A DNA stretch of 64,000 bases from the human T2T-CHM13v2.0 reference genome, Homo sapiens, in assembly GCF_009914755.1 (NCBI RefSeq), contig NC_060932.1; one strand, given 5' to 3'. The position numbers and the translations under genes were made by a program. Of the stretch, positions 12,936 through 33,729 are shown piece by piece; position 1 is the stretch's first letter, and each line of letters starts with the position of its first letter. The notes below the pieces were generated by a model that saw nothing but the letters and a program-made list of their open reading frames with translations, ran no database searches and was not told the origin of the DNA.

Positions 12936-15381
12936 AAAGTCTCCTTGCCTTGCTTGGAAAGATGAGAGAAAGTCTCCTTGCCTTGTTTGGACAGATGAGA
13001 GATGAGATCCTCCTCTTCTCTCCCAGGACAGAATGGTGAGACTTGAGTTTCCTTTCTCCTCACTCTTCTCCTCCTTGAGGGAGCTGCTGTGCCGGACAGA
13101 CCTGCCCCCGTGTCTAGACACTGGTAGACTCGTTTAAGTTCCTCACAGGCAATCCTCCATGGGGTCAAAGTGGAAGGACTTATTTCTTCAGGGCTCAGTA
13201 GTCCACATCCTGGCGCGCACCTTCACCAGCCCAGGGCGGGGTAGAGGAGGGTGAAAGGGCGTGGCTCAGAGCCCGCTTCTTCCGCTCGGGCGTATCCTGG
13301 GAGGAACCCTTGTCCGGTGAGCATGTCTTCGTCTCTACCAAATTCCCTAGTGGGACATTTCTGGCAGCCCTACTTGTTCAGCAGCTTACGGGGGTCAGGT
13401 GGACCTCTGCTAGTCACCAGCCTGAAGCCCTTTCTCCATTTCAGCTATTTTGGCAGTTGCCTAGGTGACTTTTGAACCTCATTATCCAGAACAGCAAACG
13501 GACGAGGGGTGAGAAGAGTGGCCGTCTGGGTTTGCAGCATAGTGCTGCCTTCTAGGAGTTGTGCAGTCTTCGATTGTGTGAAACTTCACCTGGCTGATTT
13601 GTGGCAATGCCTCCACAAATTCGCTAAATTCAGTAGCTTTTGCCTTCCAAGATTCATTTACACAATGTTGAATGCTTTAAATGAATGAGCATGAAGAGTG
13701 CTGGGCTGGAAAGTGATGAGATGGGTGGTAGGGACTCCTCGGAGTAGAGGAGTAGAGTTTTACTATTATGACTAGGAGGCAAATAAAAAGAAGCTGAACG
13801 TGATCCATAATAAAAGAAGCACACACTCACAGAGCTCCATACCAACTACATTAAAATGGAAATCATGATATTTGGAAATACAACTTAATTGGAAATCATT
13901 AAGTAATCTCATCAACCTTTTTACAGTGGGTGGCAGGGCTATGGAGGGAAAACAGCAATGGTTCTGGCACCTACTTAACTTGATTCCATTAAATTCACCC
14001 AACAGGCCTCCAGAGAACATATTACTGCTTTGATATTACAAAGGGAAAAACAGCTATGGCGTCTCTGAAAAGCACAACGTGCTAGGACTGGAATGACTTT
14101 AAAACCACACATAAATTTCTGAGAGATTTTTGCCATAAGGTACCATCCACCTTACTGTAAACCACATCCTAAAATTGTCTGCAGTGCAAATGGATTATGT
14201 GCATCCAACAGGAAACAGCATAGGTTGAGAAGCTGTTACTTAATAGCTTCATTGTCACCACGAGTGTAAAGTGTGGGGTCTCATCACTTTTGCACCCACG
14301 TTTTGCCTGTTGGTTTCTCCACACTGTCAGGAGCATTTGACCAACTCACTGTGGCTCAGGGTCCCTTACGCAGCCTGTTGGGGAAACCAGTGGGTATTGA
14401 AGACCTGCCTCTGGTGTGCCAGGACGTTGTGCCTGCCGGCCACTCTGACTTGCGATCTTCCGCCTCAGTGTATGGCTTCCTACACCTGGGTAATTAACAT
14501 TGCCAGCATGATAAGGAGGTCCTTTCATCACTATTGCCACTAGTCCTTCCGACTCCTGTGCCCTGTTTCTCCTTTATTGGAACCCAAGAACGAGTAAACA
14601 TAGCATTTTCAAACATCCCGCCCCCTTCACTGGTAACACCAATATTCCACCATCCTAATTCCCTCACAAGCATTCAGTCTCTCCACCCTGAGGTGGTGAA
14701 ATCCCTGCAGGCATTTATAAGTATACCTGGACAGAAGAAATACAAGATACCGTTCTATTAACTCAATATAGTGTTGCTAAGTTCGTACTTTTGCTTGGTT
14801 TATTTTATTTTATAAATAGGTATCACTCGCATGGTTCCAAATGCGATAGGCACAGAGAGTATATATGATGGAATTACATCCTCCTTCCCTGCACTCAGCA
14901 ACCGAGATCTTCCCGCTACGGGCACTCAAAGGTTTCATTGTCTGAAATATCAGCCTAAACGTAGTTTATGTTTAGGAAGCAACAACCGTAAATAGGCCCA
15001 CATCCAAACGGAGTGGATTTAGGTTTCACTTTTTCAAGGAAAAACCATCAAAGAATTTTTCCACATACTTATAAACCATCCCACGTATAGAATCCATTTT
15101 TACTGACACAAATTTAGTACCAATAAACGACTCTTCTTCTCAATTTGTTTTATTTAACAATAAGTCTTGAACGTCATTCCCAGTTAACATTTTGAAGAGT
15201 TTCCTCTCTTTCATTCTGTTTTAGCTGCAAAGTATTCTTCCGTAAGGATGAACGTACTATAATTTATTAGCCAGCCACTTAGTGATGTACAATTAAGCAG
15301 TTTTAAATCTTTGACTCTTGGAAATATTGTTTCTCACACATAAATATTTGTATAAAATAAATTAGTTGAATTAGAATTGTT

Positions 15382-15594
15382 GGAGTTCAAGACCAGCCTG
15401 GCCAACATGGTGAAACCCCATCTCTACTAGAAACACAAAATTAGCCGGACATGCCGGTACATGCCTCTAATCTCAGGTGAGGCAGGAGAATCACTTCAAC
15501 CTGGGAGGCAGAGGTTGTAGTGACTCGAAATCACGCCACTGCACTCCAGCCTGGGCGACGCGAGCGAAACTCTGTCTCAAAAAACCAAAAAAAA
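15382..15594 (+). mobile_element. truncated Alu (AluS-like), unit 2
   Basis: Copy of 3192-3404. Confidence 0.88.
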
Positions 15595-15722
15595 TTAAAC
15601 ATAAAAAGAAAAGCGGTACATATACCCAATAGAACACAATTCAGCCTTAAAAAAGAAAGAAATCATCTCATTGGCAACACGAATGAGCCTAGAGGATGGT
15701 ACACTGAGTGAAAGAAAGCAAA

Positions 15723-16040
15723 GGCCAGGCACGGTGGCTCATGCCTGTAATCCCAGTACTTTGGGAGGCCAAGGCAGGTGGAAGCGTTGAACCCAGGAGT
15801 TGGAGATGAACCTGGGCAACATGGTGAAACCCCATCTCTAAAAGAAACACAAAAATTAGCCAAGTGTGGCGTTGGACGCCTGTAGTCCTAGCTATTCAGG
15901 AGGCTGAAGCGGGAGGAACTCTCGACCCCGGGAGGTGGAGGCCGTGGTGAGTGAGCCGTGTTTGTGTCACTGTACTCCAGCCTGGGTGACAGACTGAGAC
16001 CCTGTCTCAAAAAATAAATAATTACATAATAAAGATTTAA
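15723..16040 (+). mobile_element. Alu (AluJ-like), unit 2
   Basis: Copy of 3533-3850. Confidence 0.88.
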
Positions 16041-17441
16041 AAAGCAAGCACAAAAAGACAAATACTGCATGATCTCACTTATATGTGCAATCTCAAACAA
16101 TGCAACTCATAGCTGTAGAGAGCAGAACGGTGGTTACCCGAGGCAGGGGTCAGGGAGGGACTGGAGAGATGATAGTCTCATGATACAAAATTTCAGAGAG
16201 GAATGGTTCTAGAGATCTATTGAACAGCCTGGCATCTACAGTGTATAAGTATGTATTGTATACTTGAAAATTGCTATAAGAGTAGATTTTAGACATGTCC
16301 TCATCACATTAAAATCAGTATGTGAGGAAACGAGTGTGTTAATTAGCTTGATTTTGTCATTCCACAATGTATACACATATGAAACATCATGTTGTATGCC
16401 ATAAATATATATAATTTTTATTTGTCAAGTTAAAATTAAAATTCATATAAATTATAAAAATAAAATGAAATAACATACACTACAAAAGACTTTTATTTAT
16501 TAAATCCCCACAGAAGGGGTCTAAGTGATAAAGGAAAATAAAATTCCGGGAACGGTAAAATCAATCAGAAATGCCCTACTTCAGTGCTTTCGAAATTTGT
16601 CTGACAGAGTGGAAATCCGGTTTTTCACTAAGTCACTGTTCTGGAACAGTTTGTGTGTGTGTATGTATGTGTGTGAGGGCTCACATACACAAATTGAACT
16701 AATGGAAGTGTAAGCATTCAAATTATCAGTTTAATTTAGTTCTATACATATACACACACACACACTCACACACCGAAAAAATTGATAAAATCAGCCATTC
16801 CAGCAAAACTAGCTACTTAGTGTCTATCTCTCCTTGAAGATTCAAACTAGAAATGAGGATTTAGAGAGGCATGATGGTTCGTTCTCTCTTGGAGCCCAGT
16901 TCGAAGTTGACTGACTGATTCAGTCATTGTAATTGGTTGGTCTTGGGGAAGAATCCACTTTGACTCTTGGGAAGTCAGCTAGGTCAGCGGACAGAGCAGG
17001 GGCTCTGGAGCCAGACTGCCTGCACCCGACTTCTAGCTATGATACCTTGGATAAACTACTTATCACCTGGGCTTCAGGTTCCTCATCTGTAAAATGGGGA
17101 TAAGAATGCTATCTCTCTCACAACTGTTAGGAGGACTGACTGGGTTAATACGTGCAAAGTACCAAGTACATAAGAAACCAACAGCCAGTGCTCATTACAA
17201 TCATTATTATTTTGGGCAAGTTAAGCCGCATGGTTTCTTTAGGTATAAAATTAGGCTTTATTTACCTACCTGTTGGGTTGTTCCAAGGATTAATCACATA
17301 GTGTTCATGAATTCCCTTTATAAACTATTATAGAAAAGAAATATAGTTAACATTAATTGAACACCTACTATGTGCGATCGTTTTAAGGCTTGCCATGTGC
17401 TGCTTCATTCAGTCCGCACCATGACATTAGGATCACACTTT

Positions 17442-21113
<3,672 letters not shown>

Positions 21114-21677
21114 GATCACACTTTAAAGACCAAAAGGTAGAAGCGCAAAGACGTTATCTGTCCAATATTACAAACCTAGTAAGTGGTGGAATTTGGCCTT
21201 GAACCCAGATCTGTAACTCCAGAGCCGAAGTGCTTCACCCACCTCCCTGTGGTGCCTCTACAGAAAAAGAGGTAAGCAGGCATTCCGAAAGCTGGTGGGC
21301 CGGGGGGCTGGCCTTGTACTCAGAAGCCATGGAAGTCCCACGTGGGGTGGCTAGTGGTGTAAGGACAGAGGTCTCGGATGGGCAGAGGGATGTGGACAGG
21401 CGCGAGGGCGCGCGGCAGGGACTCGGGGGACTGGGAGTGGCGGCTCGGGGCTGCGGGAGGCGATTGGTGGAAGGACAGAGGTCTGGGAGGGGCAGAGGGA
21501 TGTGGACAGGCCCGAGGGGCCGCGGCAGGGATTCCGGGGGACCGGGAGTGGGGGGTTGGGGTTACTCTTGGCTTTTTGCCCTCTCCTGCCGCCGGCTGCT
21601 CCAGTTTCTTTCGCTTTGCGGCGAGGTGGGCAGGGTGAGCTCTCGGGACTGATGGCGGTTTTGGAAGAGGCCTGGGG

Positions 21678-23567
21678 CTAAGGACAGGCCAGGGCGGCGG
21701 GAGAGGCGGACCGGTGGCGTGGCTGGATCTGGGCGCGCTGTCGGACCTTCCACATCACCAGCTGCAGGCAGGCGTTTGCGTCCTCGCTGGAGTTGTGGCC
21801 GTCCTGGCTGTCCTGGATGATCTGTGCCAGGTAGTCGGCCGCGAGATTCCTGAGGGAGCGCTTGTAGGGGAAACCCAGGTAGTGCGGGAAGAGCACGGCC
21901 GTGTCCACCACGGTGCTGTGGATGAGCTTCAGGGCCAGCAGGTCGCTCTCCAGGCTGTGCCCGATGAGGATGGTTTGGGCGCTGAAAAAGCTCAGCAGGA
22001 TGGCTTGGACTTGGGGCAACGTGATGCTCGTCTTGGCGACGTCGGCCTCGGTGACTCCGGAAAACCTGGTGTTGTAGTCCACGATCTCGTTGTCGGGCTT
22101 GACGAAGGTGTCGTACACCACTCGCATGTCGGCGTCCACCACGGTGACGCGGGTCAGCTCTAGGCCATGCGTGGTGTAGCACATCTCACAGTCCAAGGCG
22201 TAGATTCCTGGATAAGCGTCTCTGGACAACTCTTTCTTGAAGGTCTCCACGAAGCCATCGAGGCTCTCCTTGCGGCCGTCCCGCACGTGCTGCTTTGCCA
22301 CCTGGCAGCCCACAGAGCCAGGAGCAGCTGCACAGCAGGTGTACTGGCTAACCCGGCCTCCAGCCACCTGGCTCGAGCGGACCCGCCCCCAGTGATAATA
22401 ACACAACTGGTCGCGTACACAGCGGCCCGAGGAGGACACCAGGTACTCGGTGCCACAACGGCAGCAGACCCTGCAGGAGGAGTCGCCGGGCCCCTTCCCC
22501 TGGCCAGTGAAGAGGACGGCGCCTCCGGGCCGCTCGGGGTGCGGGAAGGGGTAGCCGTTCTCCTTGAGCTGGTCCTGGGTGAGCAGGAACTCCTGGAGGC
22601 GGCTGTACAGGGCGGCCCTGCTGAGGCCGGGCATGGAGCTGGGGGTCAGGCCCTTCAGTCTCTTGAGGGTGTTCAGGACCACGTTCAGGTACCTGTTCTT
22701 GTTGGGGCTGCAGTCGTAGGCCACCTTCTCCTCGTTCAGCGCCTTCTCCTCGGCCTCCTGCTTGGAGGCGCAGAACTTGAGACACTCTTCGGTGAACAGT
22801 TGGAGATAGCCTCGGCGGAGGACGGTGGGGACTTGGCACCCAGAGCTTCGGAGGATAATGGGTTTCTTCAAACTCAAACTCGGTAAGGATGCACGACGGA
22901 CGATTCGCTTAGAGCTGGTGGTGGCGGTGGTCTTGCATGCCATCCCTGACCTGTTGCGCGTCTTCCCTGGCTGTCTGCCGACCTTGGAGCCACGGGAGCG
23001 TTGGCTGCTGCTGGCCACCCGGGTTCTCTTGGCATCTGTGTAACCTGTGACCAAGCAAGGGCTGGAAGAGTGGGCGATCGTCTTCCTCTTCCTGGGGGCT
23101 GAGATGCGGACTCCCGAGGGCCTCTCTGTCAGCCTTGGGGCGGCTGGCAAGCGGCAGGCCGATCCCCTCTGCGCAGGGAAGTAGCACGACTCCGTCACCA
23201 TCTTGGGCCACGCTGGGGGCACCGCCGGACCCCTGTTCTGGGGCTCCGCCTGGATGTCCACAAATGCTGAGGCCTGCTTGTGCATCTGGGGCACCCAGAG
23301 CCCGAAGCTCTGGGCAGGCTGATGAGAGGGCAGTGGGAATTCTGGAGCCTCGAGGGCCGCCTCCTCGGCCACCTTCTTAGCTTCTGGGTATCCAGGTGGG
23401 AACCAGCAGGGAGCTGTGGCTCGCAACATCTTGCTGCCTTCGGGAGCACCGGCCGGGCTCTGCTCCGCTCCCAAATGGCGGCTTGCCTCCGGGGCCGCCT
23501 CCTTGGCCACCTTCTTAGCTTCTGGGTATCCAGGGCGGAACCAGCAGGGAGCTGTGGCTCGCAACAT
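21678..23567 (-). CDS. REXO1L1: REXO1-like/GOR copy 2, 629 aa (2 N-terminal repeats)
   Basis: Intact ORF identical to copy 1 except for loss of one 138-bp repeat. DEDDh motifs intact. Confidence 0.88.
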   Translation of the reverse strand: MLRATAPCWFRPGYPEAKKVAKEAAPEASRHLGAEQSPAGAPEGSKMLRATAPCWFPPGYPEAKKVAEEAALEAPEFPLPSHQPAQSFGLWVPQMHKQASAFVDIQAEPQNRGPAVPPAWPKMVTESCYFPAQRGSACRLPAAPRLTERPSGVRISAPRKRKTIAHSSSPCLVTGYTDAKRTRVASSSQRSRGSKVGRQPGKTRNRSGMACKTTATTSSKRIVRRASLPSLSLKKPIILRSSGCQVPTVLRRGYLQLFTEECLKFCASKQEAEEKALNEEKVAYDCSPNKNRYLNVVLNTLKRLKGLTPSSMPGLSRAALYSRLQEFLLTQDQLKENGYPFPHPERPGGAVLFTGQGKGPGDSSCRVCCRCGTEYLVSSSGRCVRDQLCYYHWGRVRSSQVAGGRVSQYTCCAAAPGSVGCQVAKQHVRDGRKESLDGFVETFKKELSRDAYPGIYALDCEMCYTTHGLELTRVTVVDADMRVVYDTFVKPDNEIVDYNTRFSGVTEADVAKTSITLPQVQAILLSFFSAQTILIGHSLESDLLALKLIHSTVVDTAVLFPHYLGFPYKRSLRNLAADYLAQIIQDSQDGHNSSEDANACLQLVMWKVRQRAQIQPRHRSASPAALACP

Positions 23568-23622
23568 CTTGCTGCCTTCGGGAGCACCGGCCTGGCTCTG
23601 CTCCTCTCCCAACTGGCGGCTT
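23347..23622 (-). repeat. 138-bp VNTR x2
   Basis: Repeats WFRPG..KEAAPEA and [13 protein letters not shown]. Confidence 0.9.
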
Positions 23623-23901
23623 CAATGAGTGCTGCGGCCGCCACTTGTCGCCTTTATATAGGCACAGGGCAGACTGGGTGGGACTTCTCCTTGATAGGTT
23701 GGTGCTTCAGTCCAATCACACTGAGCCTCATCTTCCACCAGACTCCAGCTTGGGAATGCCTCAGGGGGTGCGCTAATGGAATCAACTGGAACTCCCGGTT
23801 GCTAAATTTGGAGCTAGGTTGCTTTTCCTGAGTTAAGTAACTGTCCCTGCAGGGCAGTCCTATAATGGCTACTGGAATTGGGCTACCTAGGATTAAATTA
23901 A
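23623..23901 (-). promoter_or_regulatory. putative REXO1L promoter, unit 2 (DUX4-type motif 23774-23784)
   Basis: TATA, CCAAT and TAATGGAATCA are conserved. Confidence 0.6.
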
Positions 23902-24105
23902 GGTTCAGGGAGGTTGGTCAACTTGCTTGGGCCCACACAGCACCCCTTGGAGCCAGGACTGGGCCAGCAGTCTGTTGCATGCTGGAGGGGGAGATCCCTC
24001 TGGGGCTGCCTTTCCCTGCTCTGTGCACTCCGCCGCTGCGGGCAAATTGAGGACAGGAAGCGGACCGCACCCACTTCTCTCCCAGGACTTGGGCAATGTT
24101 CAACA

Positions 24106-24986
24106 CAGGTGGTCTTCCAAAGGTTCATAGAAAATGCACATGGTGAAGAAACTATGCATGGATTTCCACTGGTTTGCACTAAAATAAACTTGTCCTAACT
24201 TCTGATAACCTTTCTGAACTAGATCTAGTTTGAGGCACTAAGAAGGATGAGACATCCACTGAAAAGGACTCCCGTCAGAGCAACATGAATTCCACGAAAA
24301 TTGCAGCAAGAGGAAACATCAAATTTATGGTGAAGCTTGGGTGGAAGATGGAAGAAATCATTGACGTTTTAAGAAAAGTTTGTAAGGACACTACCCCAAA
24401 GAAATGAACTCTTTACGAATGTATAGCTTGTTTCAAGAAGAGGTGAGAAGATGTGGAAGATGAATCCTGCAGTGGCTGTGAAAACCACTGTGCCCAGATC
24501 AGCTGCAGTTACGACGAGAGCTATCAGTGGAAATTTTAAACAGGAGGGATCACGATCCTGACGCATCCCTCTGACAAATTGTAAGCGGCAGTTGGAACAT
24601 GGCTTCACCAATATGATCTCCAAGGCAAAGCATCATGAAAGCGATGGCTACCAAGAGGTGGCAGTGGTCCAGTCAAAGGAAAAGGAGGCCAGTCAGGAGC
24701 CCACATCATGGCATCAGTGTTTTGGGACACTCAAGGCATTTTGCTTGTTGACTTTCTGAAAGGCCAAACATCTGCTTATTAGGAGAGTGTTCTGAGAAGC
24801 TTAGATAAAGCTTTGGTAGAAACATGCTGGGAAAGTCTCACTAGATCCTTGTTCACCACATCAATGCTCTGCTCATTCCTCTCATCAAACAAGGGCAATT
24901 TTGTCAGTTTCAATGGGCAGTCCTTAGGAATTCACCTTACGGGCTGCTTTCATTCCTTCTAAATTCTTTTTGTTTCCTAATGATAA
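24106..24986 (+). mobile_element. HSMAR2 relic
   Basis: Copy of 12055-12935. Confidence 0.85.
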
Positions 24987-27432
24987 AAAGTCTCCTTGCC
25001 TTGCTTGGAAAGATGAGAGAAAGTCTCCTTGCCTTGTTTGGACAGATGAGAGATGAGATCCTCCTCTTCTCTCCCAGGACAGAATGGTGAGACTTGAGTT
25101 TCCTTTCTCCTCACTCTTCTCCTCCTTGAGGGAGCTGCTGTGCCGGACAGACCTGCCCCCGTGTCTAGACACTGGTAGACTCGTTTAAGTTCCTCACAGG
25201 CAATCCTCCATGGGGTCAAAGTGGAAGGACTTATTTCTTCAGGGCTCAGTAGTCCACATCCTGGCGCGCACCTTCACCAGCCCAGGGCGGGGTAGAGGAG
25301 GGTGAAAGGGCGTGGCTCAGAGCCCGCTTCTTCCGCTCGGGCGTATCCTGGGAGGAACCCTTGTCCGGTGAGCATGTCTTCGTCTCTACCAAATTCCCTA
25401 GTGGGACATTTCTGGCAGCCCTACTTGTTCAGCAGCTTACGGGGGTCAGGTGGACCTCTGCTAGTCACCAGCCTGAAGCCCTTTCTCCATTTCAGCTATT
25501 TTGGCAGTTGCCTAGGTGACTTTTGAACCTCATTATCCAGAACAGCAAACGGACGAGGGGTGAGAAGAGTGGCCGTCTGGGTTTGCAGCATAGTGCTGCC
25601 TTCTAGGAGTTGTGCAGTCTTCGATTGTGTGAAACTTCACCTGGCTGATTTGTGGCAATGCCTCCACAAATTCGCTAAATTCAGTAGCTTTTGCCTTCCA
25701 AGATTCATTTACACAATGTTGAATGCTTTAAATGAATGAGCATGAAGAGTGCTGGGCTGGAAAGTGATGAGATGGGTGGTAGGGACTCCTCGGAGTAGAG
25801 GAGTAGAGTTTTACTATTATGACTAGCAGGCAAATAAAAAGAAGCTGAACGTGATCCATAATAAAAGAAGCACACACTCACAGAGCTCCATACCAACTAC
25901 ATTAAAATGGAAATCATGATATTTGGAAATACAACTTAATTGGAAATCATTAAGTAATCTCATCATCCTTTTTACAGTGGGTGGCAGGGCTATGGAGGGA
26001 AAACAGCAATGGTTCTGGCACCTACTTAACTTGATTCCATTAAATTCACCCAACAGGCCTCCAGAGAACATATTACTGCTTTGATATTACAAAGGGAAAA
26101 ACAGCTATGGCGTCTCTGAAAAGCACAACGTGCTAGGACTGGAATGACTTTAAAACCACACATAAATTTCTGAGAGATTTTTGCCATAAGGTACCATCCA
26201 CCTTACTGTAAACCACATCCTAAAATTGTCTGCAGTGCAAATGGATTATGTGCATCCAACAGGAAACAGCATAGGTTGAGAAGCTGTTACTTAATAGCTT
26301 CATTGTCACCACGAGTGTAAAGTGTGGGGTCTCATCACTTTTGCACCCACGTTTTGCCTGTTGGTTTCTCCACACGGTCAGGAGCATTTGACCAACTCAC
26401 TGTGGCTCAGGGTCCCTTACGCAGCCTGATGGGGAAACCAGTGGGTATTGAAGACCTGCCTCTGGTGTGCCAGGAAGTTGTGCCTGCCGGCCACTCTGAC
26501 TTGCGATCTTCCGCCTCAGTGTATGGCTTCCTACACCTGGGTAATTAACATTGCCAGCATGATAAGGAGGTCCTTTCATCACTATTGCCACTAGTCCTTC
26601 CGACTCCTGTGCCCTGTTTCTCCTTTATTGGAACCCAAGAACGAGTAAACATAGCATTTTCAAACATCCCGCCCCCTTCACTGGTAACACCAATATTCCA
26701 CCATCCTAATTCCCTCACAAGCATTCAGTCTCTCCACCCTGAGGTGGTGAAATCCCTGCAGGCATTTATAAGTATACCTGGACAGAAGAAATACAAGATA
26801 CCGTTCTATTAACTCAATATAGTGTTGCTAAGTTCGTACTTGTGCTTGGTTTATTTTATTTTATAAATAGGTATCACTCGCATGGTTCCAAATGCGGTAG
26901 GCACAGAGAGTATATATGATGGAATTACATCCTCCTTCCCTGCACTCACCAACCGAGATCATCCCGCTACGGGCACTCAAAGGTTTCATTGTCTGAAATA
27001 TCAGCCTAAACGTAGTTTATGTTTAGGAAGCAACAACCGTAAATAGTCCCACATCCAAACGGAGTGGATTTAGGTTTCACTTTTTCAAGGAAAAACCATC
27101 AAAGAATTTTTCCACATACTTATAAACCATCCCACGTATAGAATCCATTTTTACTGACACAAATTTAGTACCAATAAATGACTCTTCTTCTCAATTTGTT
27201 TTATTTAACAATAAGTCTTGAACGTCATTCCCAGTTAACATTTTGAAGAGTTTCCTCTCTTTCGTTCTGTTTTAGCTGCAAAGTATTTTTCCGTAAGGAT
27301 GAACGTACTATAATTTATTAGCCAGCCACTTAGTGATGTACAATTAAGCAGTTTTAAATCTTTGACTCTTGAAAATATTGTTTCTCACACATAAATATTT
27401 CTATAAAATAAATTAGTTGAATTAGAATTGTT

Positions 27433-27645
27433 GGAGTTCAAGACCAGCCTGGCCAACATGGTGAAACCCCATCTCTACTAGAAGCACAAAATTAGCCGGA
27501 CATGCCGGTACATGCCTCTAATCTCAGGTGAGGCAGGAGAATCACTTCAACCTGGGAGGCAGAGGTTGTAGTGACTCGAAATCACGCCACTGCACTCCAG
27601 CCTGGGCGACGCGAGCGAAACTCTGTCTCAAAAAACCAAAAAAAA
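27433..27645 (+). mobile_element. truncated Alu (AluS-like), unit 3
   Basis: Copy of 3192-3404. Confidence 0.88.
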
Positions 27646-27773
27646 TTAAACATAAAAAGAAAAGCGGTACATATACCCAATAGAACACAATTCAGCCTTA
27701 AAAAAGAAAGAAATCATCTCATTGGCAACACGAATGAGCCTAGAGGATGGTACACTGAGTGAAAGAAAGCAAA

Positions 27774-28091
27774 GGCCAGGCACGGTGGCTCATGCCTGTA
27801 ATCCCAGTACTTTGGGAGGCCAAGGCAGGTGGAAGCGTTGAGCCCAGGAGTTGGAGATGAACCTGGGCAACATGGTGAAACCCCATCTCTAAAAGAAACA
27901 CAAAAATTAGCCAAGTGTGGCGTTGGACGCCTGTAGTCCTAGCTATTCAGGAGGCTGAAGCGGGAGGAACTCTCGACCCCGGGAGGTGGAGGCCGTGGTG
28001 AGTGAGCCATGTTTGTGTCACTGTACTCCAGCCTGGGTGACAGACTGAGACCCTGTCTCAAAAAATAAATAATTACATAATAAAGATTTAA
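27774..28091 (+). mobile_element. Alu (AluJ-like), unit 3
   Basis: Copy of 3533-3850. Confidence 0.88.
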
Positions 28092-29493
28092 AAAGCAAGC
28101 ACAAAAAGACAAATACTGCATGATCTCACTTATATGTGCAATCTCAAACAATGCAACTCATAGCTGTAGAGAGCAGAACGGTGGTTACCCGAGGCAGGGG
28201 TCAGGGAGGGACTGGAGAGATGATAGTCTCATGATACAAAATTTCAGAGAGGAATGGTTCTAGAGATCTATTGAACAGCCTGGCATCTACAGTGTATAAC
28301 TATGTATTGTATACTTGAAAATTGCTATAAGAGTAGATTTTAGACATGTCCTCATCACATTAAAATCAGTATGTGAGGAAACGAGTGTGTTAATTAGTTT
28401 GATTTTGTCATTCCACAATGTATACACGTATGAAACATCATGTTGTATGCCATAAATATATATAATTTTTATTTGTCAAGTTAAAATTAAAATTCATATA
28501 AATTATAAAAATAAAATGAAATAACATACACTACAAAAGACGTTTATTTATTAAATCCCCACAGAAGGGGTCTAAGTGATAAAGGAAAATAAAATTCCGG
28601 GAACGGTAAAATCAATCAGAAATGCCCTACTTCAGTGCTTTCCGAAATTTGTCTGACAGAGTGGAAATCCAGTTTTTCACTAAGTCACTGTTCTGGAACA
28701 GTTTGTGTGTGTGTATGTATGTGTGTGAGGGCTCACATACACAAATTGAACTAATGGAAGTGTAAGCATTCAAATTATCAGTTTAATTTAGTTCTATACA
28801 TATACACACACACACACTCACACACCGAAAACATTGATAAAATCAGCCATTCCAGCAAAACTAGCTACTTAGTGTCTATCTCTCCTTGAAGATTCAAACT
28901 AGAAATGAGGATTTAGAGAGGCATGATGGTTCGTTCTCTCTTGGAGCCCAGTTCGAAGTTGACTGACTGATTCAGTCATTGTAATTGGTTGGTCTTGGGG
29001 AAGAATCCACTTTGACTCTTGGGAAGTCAGCTAGGTCATCGGACAGAGCAGGGGCTCTGGAGCCAGACTGCCTGCACCCGACTTCTAGCTATGATACCTT
29101 GGATAAACTACTTATCACCTGGGCTTCAGGTTCCTCATCTGTAAAATGGGGATAAGAATGCTATCTCTCTCACAACTGTTAGGAGGACTGACTGGGTTAA
29201 TACGTGCAAAGTACCAAGTACATAAGAAACCAACAGCCAGTGCTCATTACAATCATTATTATTTTGGGCAAGTTAAGCCGCATGGTTTCTTTAGGTATAA
29301 AATTAGGCTTTATTTACCTACCTGTTGGGTTGTTCCAAGGATTAATCACATAGTGTTCATGAATTCCCTTTATAAACTATTATACAAAAGAAATATAGTT
29401 AACATTAATTGAACACCTACTATGTGCGATCGTTTTAAGGCTTGCCATGTGCTGCTTCATTCAGTCCGCACCATGACATTAGGATCACACTTT

Positions 29494-33165
<3,672 letters not shown>

Positions 33166-33729
33166 GGTCACACTTTAAAGACCAAAAGGTAGAAGCGCAA
33201 AGACGTTATCTGTCCAATATTACAAACCTAGTAAGTGGTGGAATTTGGCCTTGAACCCAGATCTGTAACTCCAGAGCCGAAGTGCTTCACCCACCTCCCT
33301 GTGGTGCCTCTACAGAAAAAGAGGTAAGCAGGCATTCCGAAAGCTGGTGGGCCGGGGGGCTGGCCTTGTACTCAGAAGCCATGGAAGTCCCACGTGGGGT
33401 GGCTAGTGGTGTAAGGACAGAGGTCTCGGATGGGCAGAGGGATGTGGACAGGCGCGAGGGCGCGCGGCAGGGACTCGGGGGACTGGGAGTGGCGGCTCGG
33501 AGCTGCGGGAGGCGATTGGTGGAAGGACAGAGGTCTGGGAGGGGCAGAGGGATGTGGACAGGCCCGAGGGGCCGCGGCAGGGATTCCGGGGGACCGGGAG
33601 TGGGGGGTTGGGGTTACTCTTGGCTTTTTGCCCTCTCCTGCCGCCGGCTGCTCCAGTTTCTTTCGCTTTGCGGCGAGGTGGGCAGGGTGAGCTCTCGGGA
33701 CTGATGGCGGTTTTGGAAGAGGCCTGGGG

